Positions 17,525-27,925 of a stretch of DNA of 64,000 nt are shown piece after piece. The DNA is taken from IMG/VR virus record IMGVR_UViG_3300024252_000005; one strand, given 5' to 3'. A model generated the notes under the pieces. That model did not search any database, was not told the origin of the DNA, and saw only the letters and a program-made list of their open reading frames with translations. The position numbers and the translations under genes are program-made. The stretch is from a virus (Duplodnaviria > Caudoviricetes). The first letter of the stretch is position 1; every line of letters begins with the position of its first letter.

Positions 17525-18166
17525 TTACAACATTTCTTTTTGATTATAAGGTTTAATACTTATATCTGCAATGTCTTTCAATAAAATATTGATTGTACTA
17601 ATTAGATAAGCAGCATTTTTATAACCATAGTTGTTTAAGAAATATATGTTATGACCATAAACATCTTTTCTAAAACCCCATAAAGACTTTTTGTTTCCTG
17701 ATTCTACTAGCCAGTTATTAACAAAGTCTTCTGAAACAATTATTGGCACTACTTTTTTATTGCTTATTTCTAAACTAGCATTGCTAATTAAAGATCTAAA
17801 CAGAAAAATTAGACGAACTTTATCGTCCAAAAGATTCCAAACAGAATTAATTAAACCACCTGCAGTAGAAACAACTTCTTTATCGTCCAAAGAAACACAA
17901 AACTTTTTTATATACCTAAAGCTTTCTAATTCAATTTTATCTTTTTTTGTTTCAAAGTTTATATTGTTTAACATACTTAAAAGTTCCTTGTTCTCTATAG
18001 GATTGTTTTCAAAAGCCTGATTTGGAGAAACAAAATAATCAGCGCCAACTTTGTTTTTTAGATAATATTTACCTGCTAAAGCAGTTGCTATTGCTATTCC
18101 CAATATTTCTCCTGATCTTGAAATAATGCCTTCTCCAAATCCATTGAGTAAAGCTTCAGAAATCAT
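17525..18166 (-). CDS. hypothetical protein with N-terminal hydrophobic segment
   Basis: 213-aa ORF, GAGGAAAAG SD. Confidence 0.65.
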   Translation of the reverse strand: MISEALLNGFGEGIISRSGEILGIAIATALAGKYYLKNKVGADYFVSPNQAFENNPIENKELLSMLNNINFETKKDKIELESFRYIKKFCVSLDDKEVVSTAGGLINSVWNLLDDKVRLIFLFRSLISNASLEISNKKVVPIIVSEDFVNNWLVESGNKKSLWGFRKDVYGHNIYFLNNYGYKNAAYLISTINILLKDIADISIKPYNQKEML

Positions 18167-18423
18167 TTTCTTTTCCTCTCTAAGGAAACGTATTTTTGAT
18201 GTCTAGATATGATACCAGCTGATCAGTTGTTAATGATTCTTTTTTTGCTTAGTATATTTTAGAACAATGTCTACTAATTCATTATAATGCTCATTTGGAT
18301 ATGTATAAAATCCGCAGTTCTTTGTAGCCTGTGTCCATTTACGATTATTAATAAACTTTTTTCAAGTCTAGCATTTCTTGTTTTTCTGACATGACATTAC
18401 CCTTTACTGTCTCTTAAAATAAC

Positions 18424-18870
18424 TCAGTAACAATCATACCAGCTCTCACCTGTCTCTTCCCCCCACTGGCTTCTAGAAGCTAACATGCTTCCGCTACCAT
18501 TATAATCAGCATTACAACTAGGACAAGTATTTGTAAAACTACCTAAGCTTAACCACTCACCACAGCACTTGAGCTTTGCAGGAGTTCTCTCGAAATAATC
18601 ATAGTTAAACTCTGTAAGCTTATAGTCTCCAGACTCAATAACTTTCAAAAGATTAGTGTAAGCTAGATCTTTTGAAACATCATAGACACCATTAACAAAA
18701 CAAGACTCGTTATATGTCATCTTTGCTCTTTCTTTTTTGAACAAATCTTTAAAGACTTCAATTCCTTTTGTCGAAGACTTAACATCAAAATGAAAACCTT
18801 TAGCAATGATCTCTGTCTTGGTAAACATTACTCTTTCCATCTTAGCTTTGATAAAGTTTTTATTTGGCAT
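18424..18870 (-). CDS. hypothetical protein with C-terminal Zn-ribbon
   Basis: CCGEW...NTCPSCNADY; behind promoter ~18938. Confidence 0.7.
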   Translation of the reverse strand: MPNKNFIKAKMERVMFTKTEIIAKGFHFDVKSSTKGIEVFKDLFKKERAKMTYNESCFVNGVYDVSKDLAYTNLLKVIESGDYKLTEFNYDYFERTPAKLKCCGEWLSLGSFTNTCPSCNADYNGSGSMLASRSQWGEETGESWYDCY

Positions 18871-19223
18871 TTTTAATTCCTTGTTTGGTTTGTTGCCTTA
18901 TATTAATATTATAATATAATTTTTATCTAAGTTACACGATTCAAAATCTATCTAAATCTTTCTTTCTTTTATTACCATATATAATATCCTCAAGCTTGAC
19001 GTGAGGTTACCAAATACACTTAATTAAGTCACCTATCTTGTTCATGACTAATTGATATGCGCTAATTCATAATATATGCAATAAACTATCCCGACGCAGC
19101 AAAATGTTAACGCATAGTCAGGGTTATAAGTTATTAGTTTAATTAAACCATATATAAAGCTAAGAAGCAAGATGCCATATAGACTTAATACTAAAAAGTT
19201 CTTCATCTTAAAGCACCTGTATA

Positions 19224-19424
19224 TTATAATAAGCCAAACTTAAACTTAGCTTTTCTAATATTATATTCTAAAGTTGAATAACTACTTGCGCCCCCTGCAA
19301 TAGTCACATTCTCTGTGCCTTTAACACCTGCATATATAATATAACCGCCACTCTTTTTTGACTCTGCCCATACTGTGTGGCTGTTTCTGTTAGTCTTTCT
19401 TTTTCTTACTATGTTAGCTCTCAT
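19224..19424 (-). CDS. small basic hypothetical protein
   Basis: AAGGAG SD upstream. Confidence 0.55.
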   Translation of the reverse strand: MRANIVRKRKTNRNSHTVWAESKKSGGYIIYAGVKGTENVTIAGGASSYSTLEYNIRKAKFKFGLL

Positions 19425-19732
19425 CTATAAGCTCCTTGCTCTTCTACTAGTAGTACAAACTATCATTATTGTCTTGCTGTCGCTCAGTGACCAAAGATTC
19501 ATAAGCTAGCTTACCAGCTAATGCCCACGACTCAGAGTCACAATCCATAGGGTCAACGTATATATTGGCATGCTGCCAAAATAAATCATAGCTGAACTCC
19601 TTTGAAGCTTTATTCTTCCAGATGTCATAAATATTTAAGTAAGTGTTGGGTTTAATTGTAGATAAAGTTAATCCTTTCTAGCCTGTTATATGTTATATTA
19701 TAATATCAATGATTGCAAATATGCACGTTAAG

Positions 19733-20059
19733 TCAATCTACGAGGTGAGGCACAGCTTCTTCAATAGCTTTCTTAATCTTTTCATAATCATCTTGGCTCA
19801 AAGAATCATGTTTACCATTAAAATAAATTGCTGCAATAGGCGACACCTTGTTTTTACTCATAATAGGCATCCAAAAAGAAATGTCCAAGTGAAGTTGCTC
19901 ACCTGCTCCTTTCTTCATCTCTTCATAACTACTCAAGAGACCCGCAATCTCAGCTGAAATGTCTGACATAACACTTACTTCTTTCATAAAGAAAACAATA
20001 CACAATGATCTTATATCTATATCATAGATGATAAGAAAAAACAATGCTGTTCGTATCAC
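19733..20059 (-). CDS. hypothetical protein (true start may be 19969)
   Basis: ORF track; internal MSDISAE. Confidence 0.5.
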   Translation of the reverse strand: MIRTALFFLIIYDIDIRSLCIVFFMKEVSVMSDISAEIAGLLSSYEEMKKGAGEQLHLDISFWMPIMSKNKVSPIAAIYFNGKHDSLSQDDYEKIKKAIEEAVPHLVD

Positions 20060-20131
20060 ACGAAAGCTATCGTTGTCTTGACGAAACCAAGGGCGGTAAT
20101 ATCAAGACAGTAGCTAGATACCTGTTATATC

Positions 20132-21187
20132 TCAGAAGATATCATCATTCAAATCATCATCAACACTAACGAAGTCTTCATAAACATTCTGAAGATTCTC
20201 TGGATCTAAACGATCTAACACAACTTCAGAATCGTCAACAACCTCTTCAGAAACTAGCACGTCGATTTCATCTCCAGCTGCTGATACTTCATCCTTTACA
20301 ACAACCTCAAACTTCAAAGATCTAGGCGTCCCACCCATAGATCTGATTGTCTCATCAAGAAGCTCAACGGGAATCAAGTGAAGCTGCTTAGGATGATCAG
20401 ATGTAGATCCACCAGTTCGAACCTCAAATGCTGCTGATTGCTTGCCATCTTCTGATACACGAGCTCCAGAATAACGGATCCAAGCTCCTCCCTGCATCTC
20501 AATTAGCGTCTTATAATCATCACAATCGACACCTTCTGATTCGAGCTGAGCAATAGTAGGATTAATCTCAGATAACGCAACTATCACCCACTTTGCTCCC
20601 TTCCCAGAAAAACGAGCCTTAAGCTTAGATCTCCAATCAGATCCATCAGCTGCCTTTCCAGACCTATGACACAAAGCCTTAACATTATCATTAATCAATG
20701 TATTAAGATGCATCTTAAAAGCTGTTACCTTAGGATCTCCACCCTCAGCCAAAAAACTCTTAAACATGCTCACAATCATATCTTGCTGAGACATAACTTC
20801 CTCATTATTATTTAGATTATCAACAGTAAAGCCAGAATCATTATCTGCCATAGAAATCTCCTCATTTGAACTAGGGGCTGAAATAGTTAAGTTGTCCATT
20901 TGATCCTCCAAAGGATTGATTGTTTGTGCCTGATGGTTTATTATATCAATGTCTTTATCTAAGTTGCACGCCTCATTAATCACCTCCCAGTTATTAACTA
21001 ACCAACCATACTCATCACTCAAAGCATCAGTAATCTGAAATTCGTCTGTGTTCTCAGGATCTTCAAAGTAATCGCTGAGATTAACTTCAAGAGGAATACC
21101 ATTATCAAAAGCAAACTTATCATGCTCTTCATCATAATAATCTACTGTAGTAGGCAAATCAAATTCCCATTGTATTTTAATCTTCAT
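20132..21187 (-). CDS. read-through fusion of family D domain and family C protein (family C also has its own promoter, SD and ATG at 20899)
   Basis: N-terminus matches 28037 and 29912; C-terminal part matches 30335 and 34022; promoter copy inside at 20931-20970. Confidence 0.8.
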   Translation of the reverse strand: MKIKIQWEFDLPTTVDYYDEEHDKFAFDNGIPLEVNLSDYFEDPENTDEFQITDALSDEYGWLVNNWEVINEACNLDKDIDIINHQAQTINPLEDQMDNLTISAPSSNEEISMADNDSGFTVDNLNNNEEVMSQQDMIVSMFKSFLAEGGDPKVTAFKMHLNTLINDNVKALCHRSGKAADGSDWRSKLKARFSGKGAKWVIVALSEINPTIAQLESEGVDCDDYKTLIEMQGGAWIRYSGARVSEDGKQSAAFEVRTGGSTSDHPKQLHLIPVELLDETIRSMGGTPRSLKFEVVVKDEVSAAGDEIDVLVSEEVVDDSEVVLDRLDPENLQNVYEDFVSVDDDLNDDIF

Positions 21188-21279
21188 ATTATTTAATCCT
21201 TGTTGGATGTGGGGTGGTGATGGTTTATTATAATATATTGTAGGTTGTTGTTACACGAAATACTTTTTATTAAATCTAA

Positions 21280-21687
21280 TTATTTATTTTTTTCTATCCA
21301 GATATCATCAAATTCAACATTGCTTATGTCACAGCAAATAATGTTGAATTTGATGATGGTTACAGCACTTTCCCAATTTACTCTTTTTAATCCTAGACTG
21401 CATGCTGTAGTAAAAAGCCTTTTTCTTGATTCTATGACATTATCTTCCATAATATCTATTCCATATAAGCTTCTTAAAGATTCTATTATAGAGTTACCGT
21501 GAAATACTTTTTTCTTTAAAATCTCTACTAAAAAGTTTCCTGTTCCGCAAGTAGGCTCTAAAAAACTTTTGTTAAGTTTCCAGTAGTTAGAAGGAATATT
21601 GTTTAACATTTTTTCTATTATAAACTCAGGCGTAAAAACTTCACCTAAATTATCTACTCTTTCTTTTGATTTAATTAAGCTTTTCAT
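21280..21687 (-). CDS. N6-adenine DNA methyltransferase, SAM-binding (motif I) half
   Basis: GEVFTP, FLEPTCGTGNF, LYGIDIMEDN; no NPPY. Confidence 0.75.
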   Translation of the reverse strand: MKSLIKSKERVDNLGEVFTPEFIIEKMLNNIPSNYWKLNKSFLEPTCGTGNFLVEILKKKVFHGNSIIESLRSLYGIDIMEDNVIESRKRLFTTACSLGLKRVNWESAVTIIKFNIICCDISNVEFDDIWIEKNK

Positions 21688-21691
21688 TTCA

Positions 21692-22843
21692 TTAAACCAC
21701 AAACTTATTATTTAGTATAAAGTCAATTGTATCTTGTGTTAAATTGTATTTAGAAAACAACATCTGATCTGTCCACTTTACGTTCCAGTCAACAATAGGC
21801 GTTGAACAAAACTTAGGATGAAAGTCTCTTTTCTTTATAAGCAGCATAGCTTTTGCAAAACGAGTATCTAAATAACTAACAAAATTCTCAGCCTCATTTT
21901 TGCTTTTAAACTCAAAATTATATGTTCTTGATAGACATTTATCTCCTGCGCTCATAACTTTTATCTTAGACTTACTGTAGTAAGTAAAAAAGTCATCTTT
22001 AAAAAACTTATTTTTGTCACCAACATTTCCTCTAAGTTTAGGAAGACCAACGTAGAAATAATTTGTTTTTTCTACATCGCTTTTTTTTAGCTTAATACTC
22101 TTCAAGCTTTTACTTAATTCTAAGTTGAAAAACATATCATGTAGCTGTTTATAACCTCTTAAACCTGTAAAAACATCTGGAGACATTGTTTTTTTGTTTA
22201 TTCCAGTTATCTCGTTTGAATAATCAACACTTGATGTGATGTGGTTTTTGTCAAAATATGTAATGCAGACTAATGATTGTATTTTAGCATCTGGAAATGA
22301 AGTTGATGAATTTACTATTTCAATACTAGACAAAGGCAAATCAATTTTTTCTAAATGCTTCTTGTATATGTTCTTTTTTCGCTGATCTAGAAAAGGATTA
22401 GAAGGTTGTATAAATGTAAGTATGTCACATTTTTTACTTAACTTGGATAAAATTTCTAGATGGAAATTCTTCTTATAAGGCGGGTTTCCTAAAATAACAT
22501 CAAATTTTGGCATTTTCTCTTCTTCCATATTTAACATAAACTCAATTAGATTTCTTTTCCATCTTGAACTTGTAATATTGCATTCTTTAACAGCATAAAT
22601 CTTTGATTGATGGTCTGCTAAAAAACTTATAGCGTCAGGTGAAACATTGAAATCTTCTACAAGAGAAATTACAATTTCGGGATTGAAAATAACAAGAAAC
22701 TTTTTCTTCTCAGACAATTTATTAATTTTAGAAATCATTTTTTTTATTAAAGAAAAAGTTGTGTGCTCATTTTGATCAGCACCCTCAAAAATTTGCAAAG
22801 ATCTTTCTGTTAGAAGCTTTCTTGTATAATCAATTTTGCTCAT
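21692..22843 (-). CDS. Eco57I-like methyltransferase catalytic/TRD half
   Basis: FDVILGNPPY motif IV; no FxGxG motif I. Confidence 0.75.
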   Translation of the reverse strand: MSKIDYTRKLLTERSLQIFEGADQNEHTTFSLIKKMISKINKLSEKKKFLVIFNPEIVISLVEDFNVSPDAISFLADHQSKIYAVKECNITSSRWKRNLIEFMLNMEEEKMPKFDVILGNPPYKKNFHLEILSKLSKKCDILTFIQPSNPFLDQRKKNIYKKHLEKIDLPLSSIEIVNSSTSFPDAKIQSLVCITYFDKNHITSSVDYSNEITGINKKTMSPDVFTGLRGYKQLHDMFFNLELSKSLKSIKLKKSDVEKTNYFYVGLPKLRGNVGDKNKFFKDDFFTYYSKSKIKVMSAGDKCLSRTYNFEFKSKNEAENFVSYLDTRFAKAMLLIKKRDFHPKFCSTPIVDWNVKWTDQMLFSKYNLTQDTIDFILNNKFVV

Positions 22844-22910
22844 GTCGTTCCTAATTGTTAAATTATTGATATTACTTTTTATTATATACTTTTATTATAA
22901 GTGTTACACT

Positions 22911-23561
22911 TTAAGTTAACTCATTGTAGAAGTTTTTCCAGAAGTTGCTATTATTGTTTCCAATGACTTTTTTAATTTTATCGTAGCCAAATACGGTAAT
23001 GCTTTCATGATACATGTGTTTATATGTATTTATATTTAAACCTTTACAAGTTGTAAATAAATACATTTGAGAATCTCTGAAAGCTTTGCTTGTCATTGTA
23101 TAAGCAACAAAATTAGAGATATGATCTTTGTTTGCTTCTAGTAAACTAGTTACATTTGACCTATACTTGCATTGAACTGTTACGCTTCTATCACTACCGT
23201 TCATCTTACCAACACCATCAACACCCCAATCTTCACCGAACTCAGAACTATCCCAAGGATGATAATCAGAAATTCCAATTCTAGGATCGCTGCTAAATGT
23301 TTTAATAAAATACTCTACAAAAATTTCAAATGCTGAACCTTTGAATTCATCAATAGCGTTGCTTCCGTATATATTGTGTGTAGTAAAGTTATCTTCGACT
23401 AATTCTTTATCACACTCAATTATCTTTTTTATATTACGCATAAAATCTTTTAACGATAAAACATTATGACACAATTTTTTTTTAAGAGACAAAGGGCAAG
23501 ACAACTTAAAATCATGATCTAACATACTAAATCCTTGTTCCTGCAGATACGCATTTTTCAT
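22911..23561 (-). CDS. Mrr-like PD-(D/Q)xK restriction endonuclease
   Basis: GSAFEIFV, DWGVDGVG, VQCKY. Confidence 0.7.
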   Translation of the reverse strand: MKNAYLQEQGFSMLDHDFKLSCPLSLKKKLCHNVLSLKDFMRNIKKIIECDKELVEDNFTTHNIYGSNAIDEFKGSAFEIFVEYFIKTFSSDPRIGISDYHPWDSSEFGEDWGVDGVGKMNGSDRSVTVQCKYRSNVTSLLEANKDHISNFVAYTMTSKAFRDSQMYLFTTCKGLNINTYKHMYHESITVFGYDKIKKVIGNNNSNFWKNFYNELT

Positions 23562-25047
23562 ACATCAAAGTGAATATGTCTATTTTGCTGTTTTTCTTTG
23601 ATTGCTCTATGATATTACTTAGTTCCTCTTCTTCTATATCTTTTTCTATTAAATGTTTTGCATCATCTAGTTTCTTTTGAACATTTTTCCTATGCTCTTC
23701 AGTTGATATTAGATCACATAAGTCTTGTTCTTCTTTTAAATTAAACAATTCTTTTGTATCTTTTACAAACTCTCGTGAAATATCAAATTCTTCGTTTAAA
23801 GGAAAACCGCCTAGTCTTAAAGCTATTAAATGCTTTTGAACATTAACCCAGTCATCCCTGTTTTTATTCCAAGCAACAATTGTTACTAAAGCATATTCTT
23901 TCTTATTTATACCTTTTACCTTATAAAGCCTTAAAGATCTTCCAACTGTTTGCAACAACTTACAAGTATTCATAGCTCTTAATATTACAACTCCAGTGAT
24001 CCCCGGAACATCAATACCTTCAGACAATATATCATAATGGAATATTAGACAGTTTTTTGATTCTTTTACTTCTTCTAAGAATTCATTTCTATTACTTATT
24101 TCTTTTCCATTTTTTGTTGCCTTTATTTCTTCTCTAGAATGAATAATAAATATATCATGATTAGGCAGAAATTCTTTGAATGATTCTTGACAACTCAATA
24201 CTTCTTTTATTTCACTAGATCCCGACATTGAAAATAAAGTTTTGCTGAATCCTAACATTTTATTGAATTTTTTGTTATGATAAACAGCAATTTTTTTACA
24301 TAAATCTAATGTTTTGTTTTTTCTATCTTCATCTGAAGTTTCTAATATATGAATTCTAGGCTTTACAATAATTTCTTTTTCTATTAGGACAGAAGCTTTT
24401 ACTTCATAAATTCTAGGCCCAAAAACACTTTCGTTATTTAAACCAAGCCCACAATCACTTTCTGTCCATTTTTCTGTAGCTGTAAAACATATCTTTTTAT
24501 TTGCAGATATTTTGCTATAAACATTATGATACTTTTCATGAACTAGAAATTGGCTTTCGTCTGCTATCATAACATCAAAAAGAATATCAGTTAGTTTGTA
24601 ATAGCTGTGATAAGTACTGAAAACTATTACATAATTTCCTTTTCTTTTTTGCAATTCAATAAATTCTTGCAGAACGCTACTTTTTGTTGTACTACACTCC
24701 GAGTATTTGCTTTTTCCCTTAGGAACATAATGTTCGCCACTATGGAAAGCTGCAGCAACCCAGTTGTCAATTCCAATCCACTCTCTAAAACCTTTTTTTT
24801 CTTGAATAGAAGATCCTAGGCCTACATGCTGTTGCCCTAAAGCTATGCGATGAAATAAAACTAGACTTGCACCTACATTGTTTTCTTTTTTAATTCCAAA
24901 CTCGTCAATTACCAAGCTTTCAATTCTTGACTTGCCTCCGCCAGTAGGAATTACAACTCTTGAAGAAACTTTTTTTTCGTCTAAGTAAAAGTTTCTAATC
25001 GCTAAAAGGCAGTCTTCTTGATGTCTATAGAGGGGAAGCGTAGTCAT
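23527..25047 (-). CDS. SF2 helicase/translocase (type III Res / ISP-like)
   Basis: PTGGGKS, IADESQ, TAT, LSEGIDVP, QTVGRSLR; start MTTLPLY at 25047. Confidence 0.85.
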   Translation of the reverse strand: MTTLPLYRHQEDCLLAIRNFYLDEKKVSSRVVIPTGGGKSRIESLVIDEFGIKKENNVGASLVLFHRIALGQQHVGLGSSIQEKKGFREWIGIDNWVAAAFHSGEHYVPKGKSKYSECSTTKSSVLQEFIELQKRKGNYVIVFSTYHSYYKLTDILFDVMIADESQFLVHEKYHNVYSKISANKKICFTATEKWTESDCGLGLNNESVFGPRIYEVKASVLIEKEIIVKPRIHILETSDEDRKNKTLDLCKKIAVYHNKKFNKMLGFSKTLFSMSGSSEIKEVLSCQESFKEFLPNHDIFIIHSREEIKATKNGKEISNRNEFLEEVKESKNCLIFHYDILSEGIDVPGITGVVILRAMNTCKLLQTVGRSLRLYKVKGINKKEYALVTIVAWNKNRDDWVNVQKHLIALRLGGFPLNEEFDISREFVKDTKELFNLKEEQDLCDLISTEEHRKNVQKKLDDAKHLIEKDIEEEELSNIIEQSKKNSKIDIFTLMYEKCVSAGTRI

Positions 25048-25240
25048 TTTTTTACCTTCGTCTTTGTTTTTCTTTTTAGTAAATAAATTCCTGATAAGAC
25101 TTTTAAGCAATATATACTCAACTTTCAATACATAAACAATATTTAATCGTTAAAATATTTTAACAATTAAATTAAAATTATTAATTCCTATTTACATTAG
25201 TATTATAACAACAAATGTTTTTCATTACACGAATATTAAC

Positions 25241-25510
25241 TCACATACTTATTAATTTAACAGATAAAACAGATGCAAACTGCCCAAACAAAAAACCGGA
25301 GAAGAAACATAAAAGAGAATTAAAACCCATCTCAGGATTAAATATATCTAACGCTAAACCACCAAAACATAACCCAAGCAATAAACCAAATATAACAAGC
25401 AAAGGCAAAGAACTAACATCTAACTTAACTTTCCAAACTACTCTCATAAAACCAAAAAAAGATAGTCTACACATTATATAACACCTTCCAAACCCAACCA
25501 AACCTACCAC
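25241..25510 (-). CDS. small membrane protein
   Basis: Two G/F/L-rich hydrophobic segments; start uncertain. Confidence 0.45.
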   Translation of the reverse strand: MVGLVGFGRCYIMCRLSFFGFMRVVWKVKLDVSSLPLLVIFGLLLGLCFGGLALDIFNPEMGFNSLLCFFSGFLFGQFASVLSVKLISM

Positions 25511-25543
25511 TCAAATCTTCACGAAAAACTTTAACAAACATAA

Positions 25544-25774
25544 TCAAACTCCCTCAATAACTCTAATGATAGCTACCTCAACAAAAAACGTTGACAAAGT
25601 TAATAACAAAATCCAATACACAGATAAATTACCCTCAACTAATGAATCAACGTATAAAGGCACAACAAAAGGCATGATTATCAATAAGACAAAACAAAAA
25701 GTCATACCAAAAATAAAAAAGCCACAAGCTAAACTAACACCAAATTCACGGGCAGTATCAAAAAGAAATTTCAA
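25544..25774 (-). CDS. small membrane protein
   Basis: Two hydrophobic segments. Confidence 0.5.
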   Translation of the reverse strand: MKFLFDTAREFGVSLACGFFIFGMTFCFVLLIIMPFVVPLYVDSLVEGNLSVYWILLLTLSTFFVEVAIIRVIEGV

Positions 25775-25811
25775 AATAACTCCACAATAAAAAGAAAAGG
25801 CAGCAGCTAAA

Positions 25812-26180
25812 TCAATAATAAAACCTAATCAACTCAATAAACTTCTCCAATAACATATAATCACTCTCTAACTCATACTGATCAGCTAACTCAGGATCAC
25901 ACACAATCTCTACTCCCTCCCTTAACAATATCTCAAATAACTCCTCACACGCCTTCTCATACTCCACTCCCATATCATAACTTATATATATCACCTCATC
26001 ATATACTCCATCACTTACCCCTACCTTGTAACCCTCATGCTGAATCAATACTAAACTACCATCTACTCGCTCAATAGTTCCACAACCACTCGGCGGAGAT
26101 CTATAATCCACAACAAATAATACCCTCCCCTCCAAACATAATCTACTCATAACCAAAACCTTTCTATTCTTATTCAACAA
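25812..26180 (-). CDS. hypothetical acidic protein
   Basis: 122-aa ORF, G/T-rich coding strand. Confidence 0.55.
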   Translation of the reverse strand: MLNKNRKVLVMSRLCLEGRVLFVVDYRSPPSGCGTIERVDGSLVLIQHEGYKVGVSDGVYDEVIYISYDMGVEYEKACEELFEILLREGVEIVCDPELADQYELESDYMLLEKFIELIRFYY

Positions 26181-26421
26181 GTGGCCAAAAAGACGTTCTG
26201 TGGGAACTTCTCAAAAAACATATGTTATACCTTATCTAGTTTATTCTAATTAAACGTAGATTAACGTCGTAACTGTTAACGCAACGCTAGGCTGATGACT
26301 CGGGACAAAGCTGAGCGCTGACTCGGAATATGAATCTCTATTCATTAGACTTTTTTTGACACCGGGTTGCGCAGAAGCTAGATCAATAGCTGTGCTACGT
26401 GCGCAGAATCGGCATAGAGCT

Positions 26422-26700
26422 TTAGATGGGATTATTGGTATTGTATTCGCGGAGAGCTTCGGCGACTTCTAACATTCCCGTCAGTGCTTTTCTGGTTGTG
26501 ATCTCGCGCTGATCAAACTTTCGTTTAGTCGACTGCACACCAGATGTTTGACCTTGTATTACCATGGATCTCATTACTTCGAGAGCAAGCTCTGAATCCT
26601 CTTCCCTGACATGAAGGTGTATTCTTCGGTCGCCGGGTGCGATATCGATGTAGGCTATGGCATACTTTGATTCAGTGTTAATGTTTCGAATTGAGGGCAT
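26422..26700 (-). CDS. hypothetical protein
   Basis: AAGGA SD. Confidence 0.65.
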   Translation of the reverse strand: MPSIRNINTESKYAIAYIDIAPGDRRIHLHVREEDSELALEVMRSMVIQGQTSGVQSTKRKFDQREITTRKALTGMLEVAEALREYNTNNPI

Positions 26701-26728
26701 ATTTTATTTCCTTATAATGCTATAGTTT

Positions 26729-26953
26729 TCAGAGATTATCCATATACTCCGTGACATCCCTTGCAACATCTTCGTATGAATCTGTAACATGGATGCATTT
26801 GCCGTTGTTAAAGTGTATCCAGCAAGTCTCGCCCAGCTTTTCAATAGTATTCTCTTTGCACTGATTGACATGAGAGATAGAGTCGAAGGGGACAAGAACG
26901 TTGATGTTAGAGTTGACTGTATTGTATGTTGTGTATCGTGAAGCGTTTGTCAT
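26729..26953 (-). CDS. hypothetical protein
   Basis: AAAGGATC SD. Confidence 0.65.
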   Translation of the reverse strand: MTNASRYTTYNTVNSNINVLVPFDSISHVNQCKENTIEKLGETCWIHFNNGKCIHVTDSYEDVARDVTEYMDNL

Positions 26954-27036
26954 GATGATGATCCTTTATTTATTTAAGAAAAGCTGCGACTAGATCTATG
27001 CGCAAGTAGATTAAAAGTTGTGTAGCGAACGAAGAG

Positions 27037-27243
27037 TTAGTCTTCGCTATTTTCGTCTAGTTGTTGTTGTAAGAGTAAGACATGGTTCATAATAGAAATG
27101 GCGATCTCTATGTCACCATCGATGAAAGCACTGTTAACTTTACCTTGAAGTGCTTTCATCTTTTTACGGATCTCTTGTTTATTAAAATATTGCTTTTTAA
27201 GTTTTTTGTTATCGCGAGGTTTGTGATTATCGGATTGAGACAT
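27037..27243 (-). CDS. hypothetical basic protein
   Basis: Start MSQSDNH; the track's longer N-terminus is the promoter copy. Confidence 0.6.
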   Translation of the reverse strand: MSQSDNHKPRDNKKLKKQYFNKQEIRKKMKALQGKVNSAFIDGDIEIAISIMNHVLLLQQQLDENSED

Positions 27244-27365
27244 ATCATCCACCTTGTGTGTGTGTTGTTGTTGATATATTATATCAATGATATTATGTAT
27301 TTGCACGTCGGGTTGATGACGCAGAGGGTTGTAGCCTCGAGGCTGCTTTTTCCCTGGGTGAAGAC

Positions 27366-27584
27366 TTAGTTTTGTTTAGGGTACATGAGTAGTTGAGCTT
27401 CGTGAGAAGACATCCAGTGGATATTCATTGCGTCGCCATCGTCGAAGACTTCTTGTCCGCCGCGAATATGAATTGGTTCTTTGAAGTCGATGGTTTGAAC
27501 AGGAGGCATGTTGTGTTTAACTGCGAAGAAAGCGCCAATTGAAAGAGTAAAGGAGATGAGGAGTGCGATTAAGTTACCTTGCAT
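27366..27584 (-). CDS. small protein with N-terminal TM/signal segment
   Basis: LIALLISFTLSIGAFFAV. Confidence 0.6.
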   Translation of the reverse strand: MQGNLIALLISFTLSIGAFFAVKHNMPPVQTIDFKEPIHIRGGQEVFDDGDAMNIHWMSSHEAQLLMYPKQN

Positions 27585-27610
27585 ATGTAGATCTTTCTTT
27601 AGTGTAGTGA

Positions 27611-27925
27611 TTAAATAAATAGTGCAGAAGCGACTAGGTTTAGCCAGGGAGAAGTCTTAGCGTTGTTATTCTTTGCTGGTTCATGTGTAACCTTGCACAC
27701 TTCAGCCCTTTGAATATCCTTGTAATATCTTGCTGTTAGCTCATCCTTGCATTGTAGAGCTTCTTGGGCATCGTTAAAATAGAAGCATCGTGAAGGTTTC
27801 TTCATGTCTGGGTGAAGTAATACATGAACTGCGAAAGTGTACTGTTCAGATGAGCTAAGCCATGAGACTTTGTCACCGTGAGAGTTAATAGCGATATTGT
27901 AGTATGAAGCGTGTTCGTCAAACAT
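27611..27925 (-). CDS. hypothetical protein
   Basis: 104-aa ORF behind class-2 promoter. Confidence 0.65.
   Translation of the reverse strand: MFDEHASYYNIAINSHGDKVSWLSSSEQYTFAVHVLLHPDMKKPSRCFYFNDAQEALQCKDELTARYYKDIQRAEVCKVTHEPAKNNNAKTSPWLNLVASALFI

Noticed and set aside
18225-18395. Small minus-strand ORF broken at an A6 run
   Set aside because: A single-base homopolymer shift (like the T8 at 44923) is as likely an assembly error as biology; there is no evidence for programmed frameshifting.
26292-26315. CTGATGA followed by a hairpin (hammerhead-like)
   Set aside because: No GAAA after stem II and no stems I/III found.
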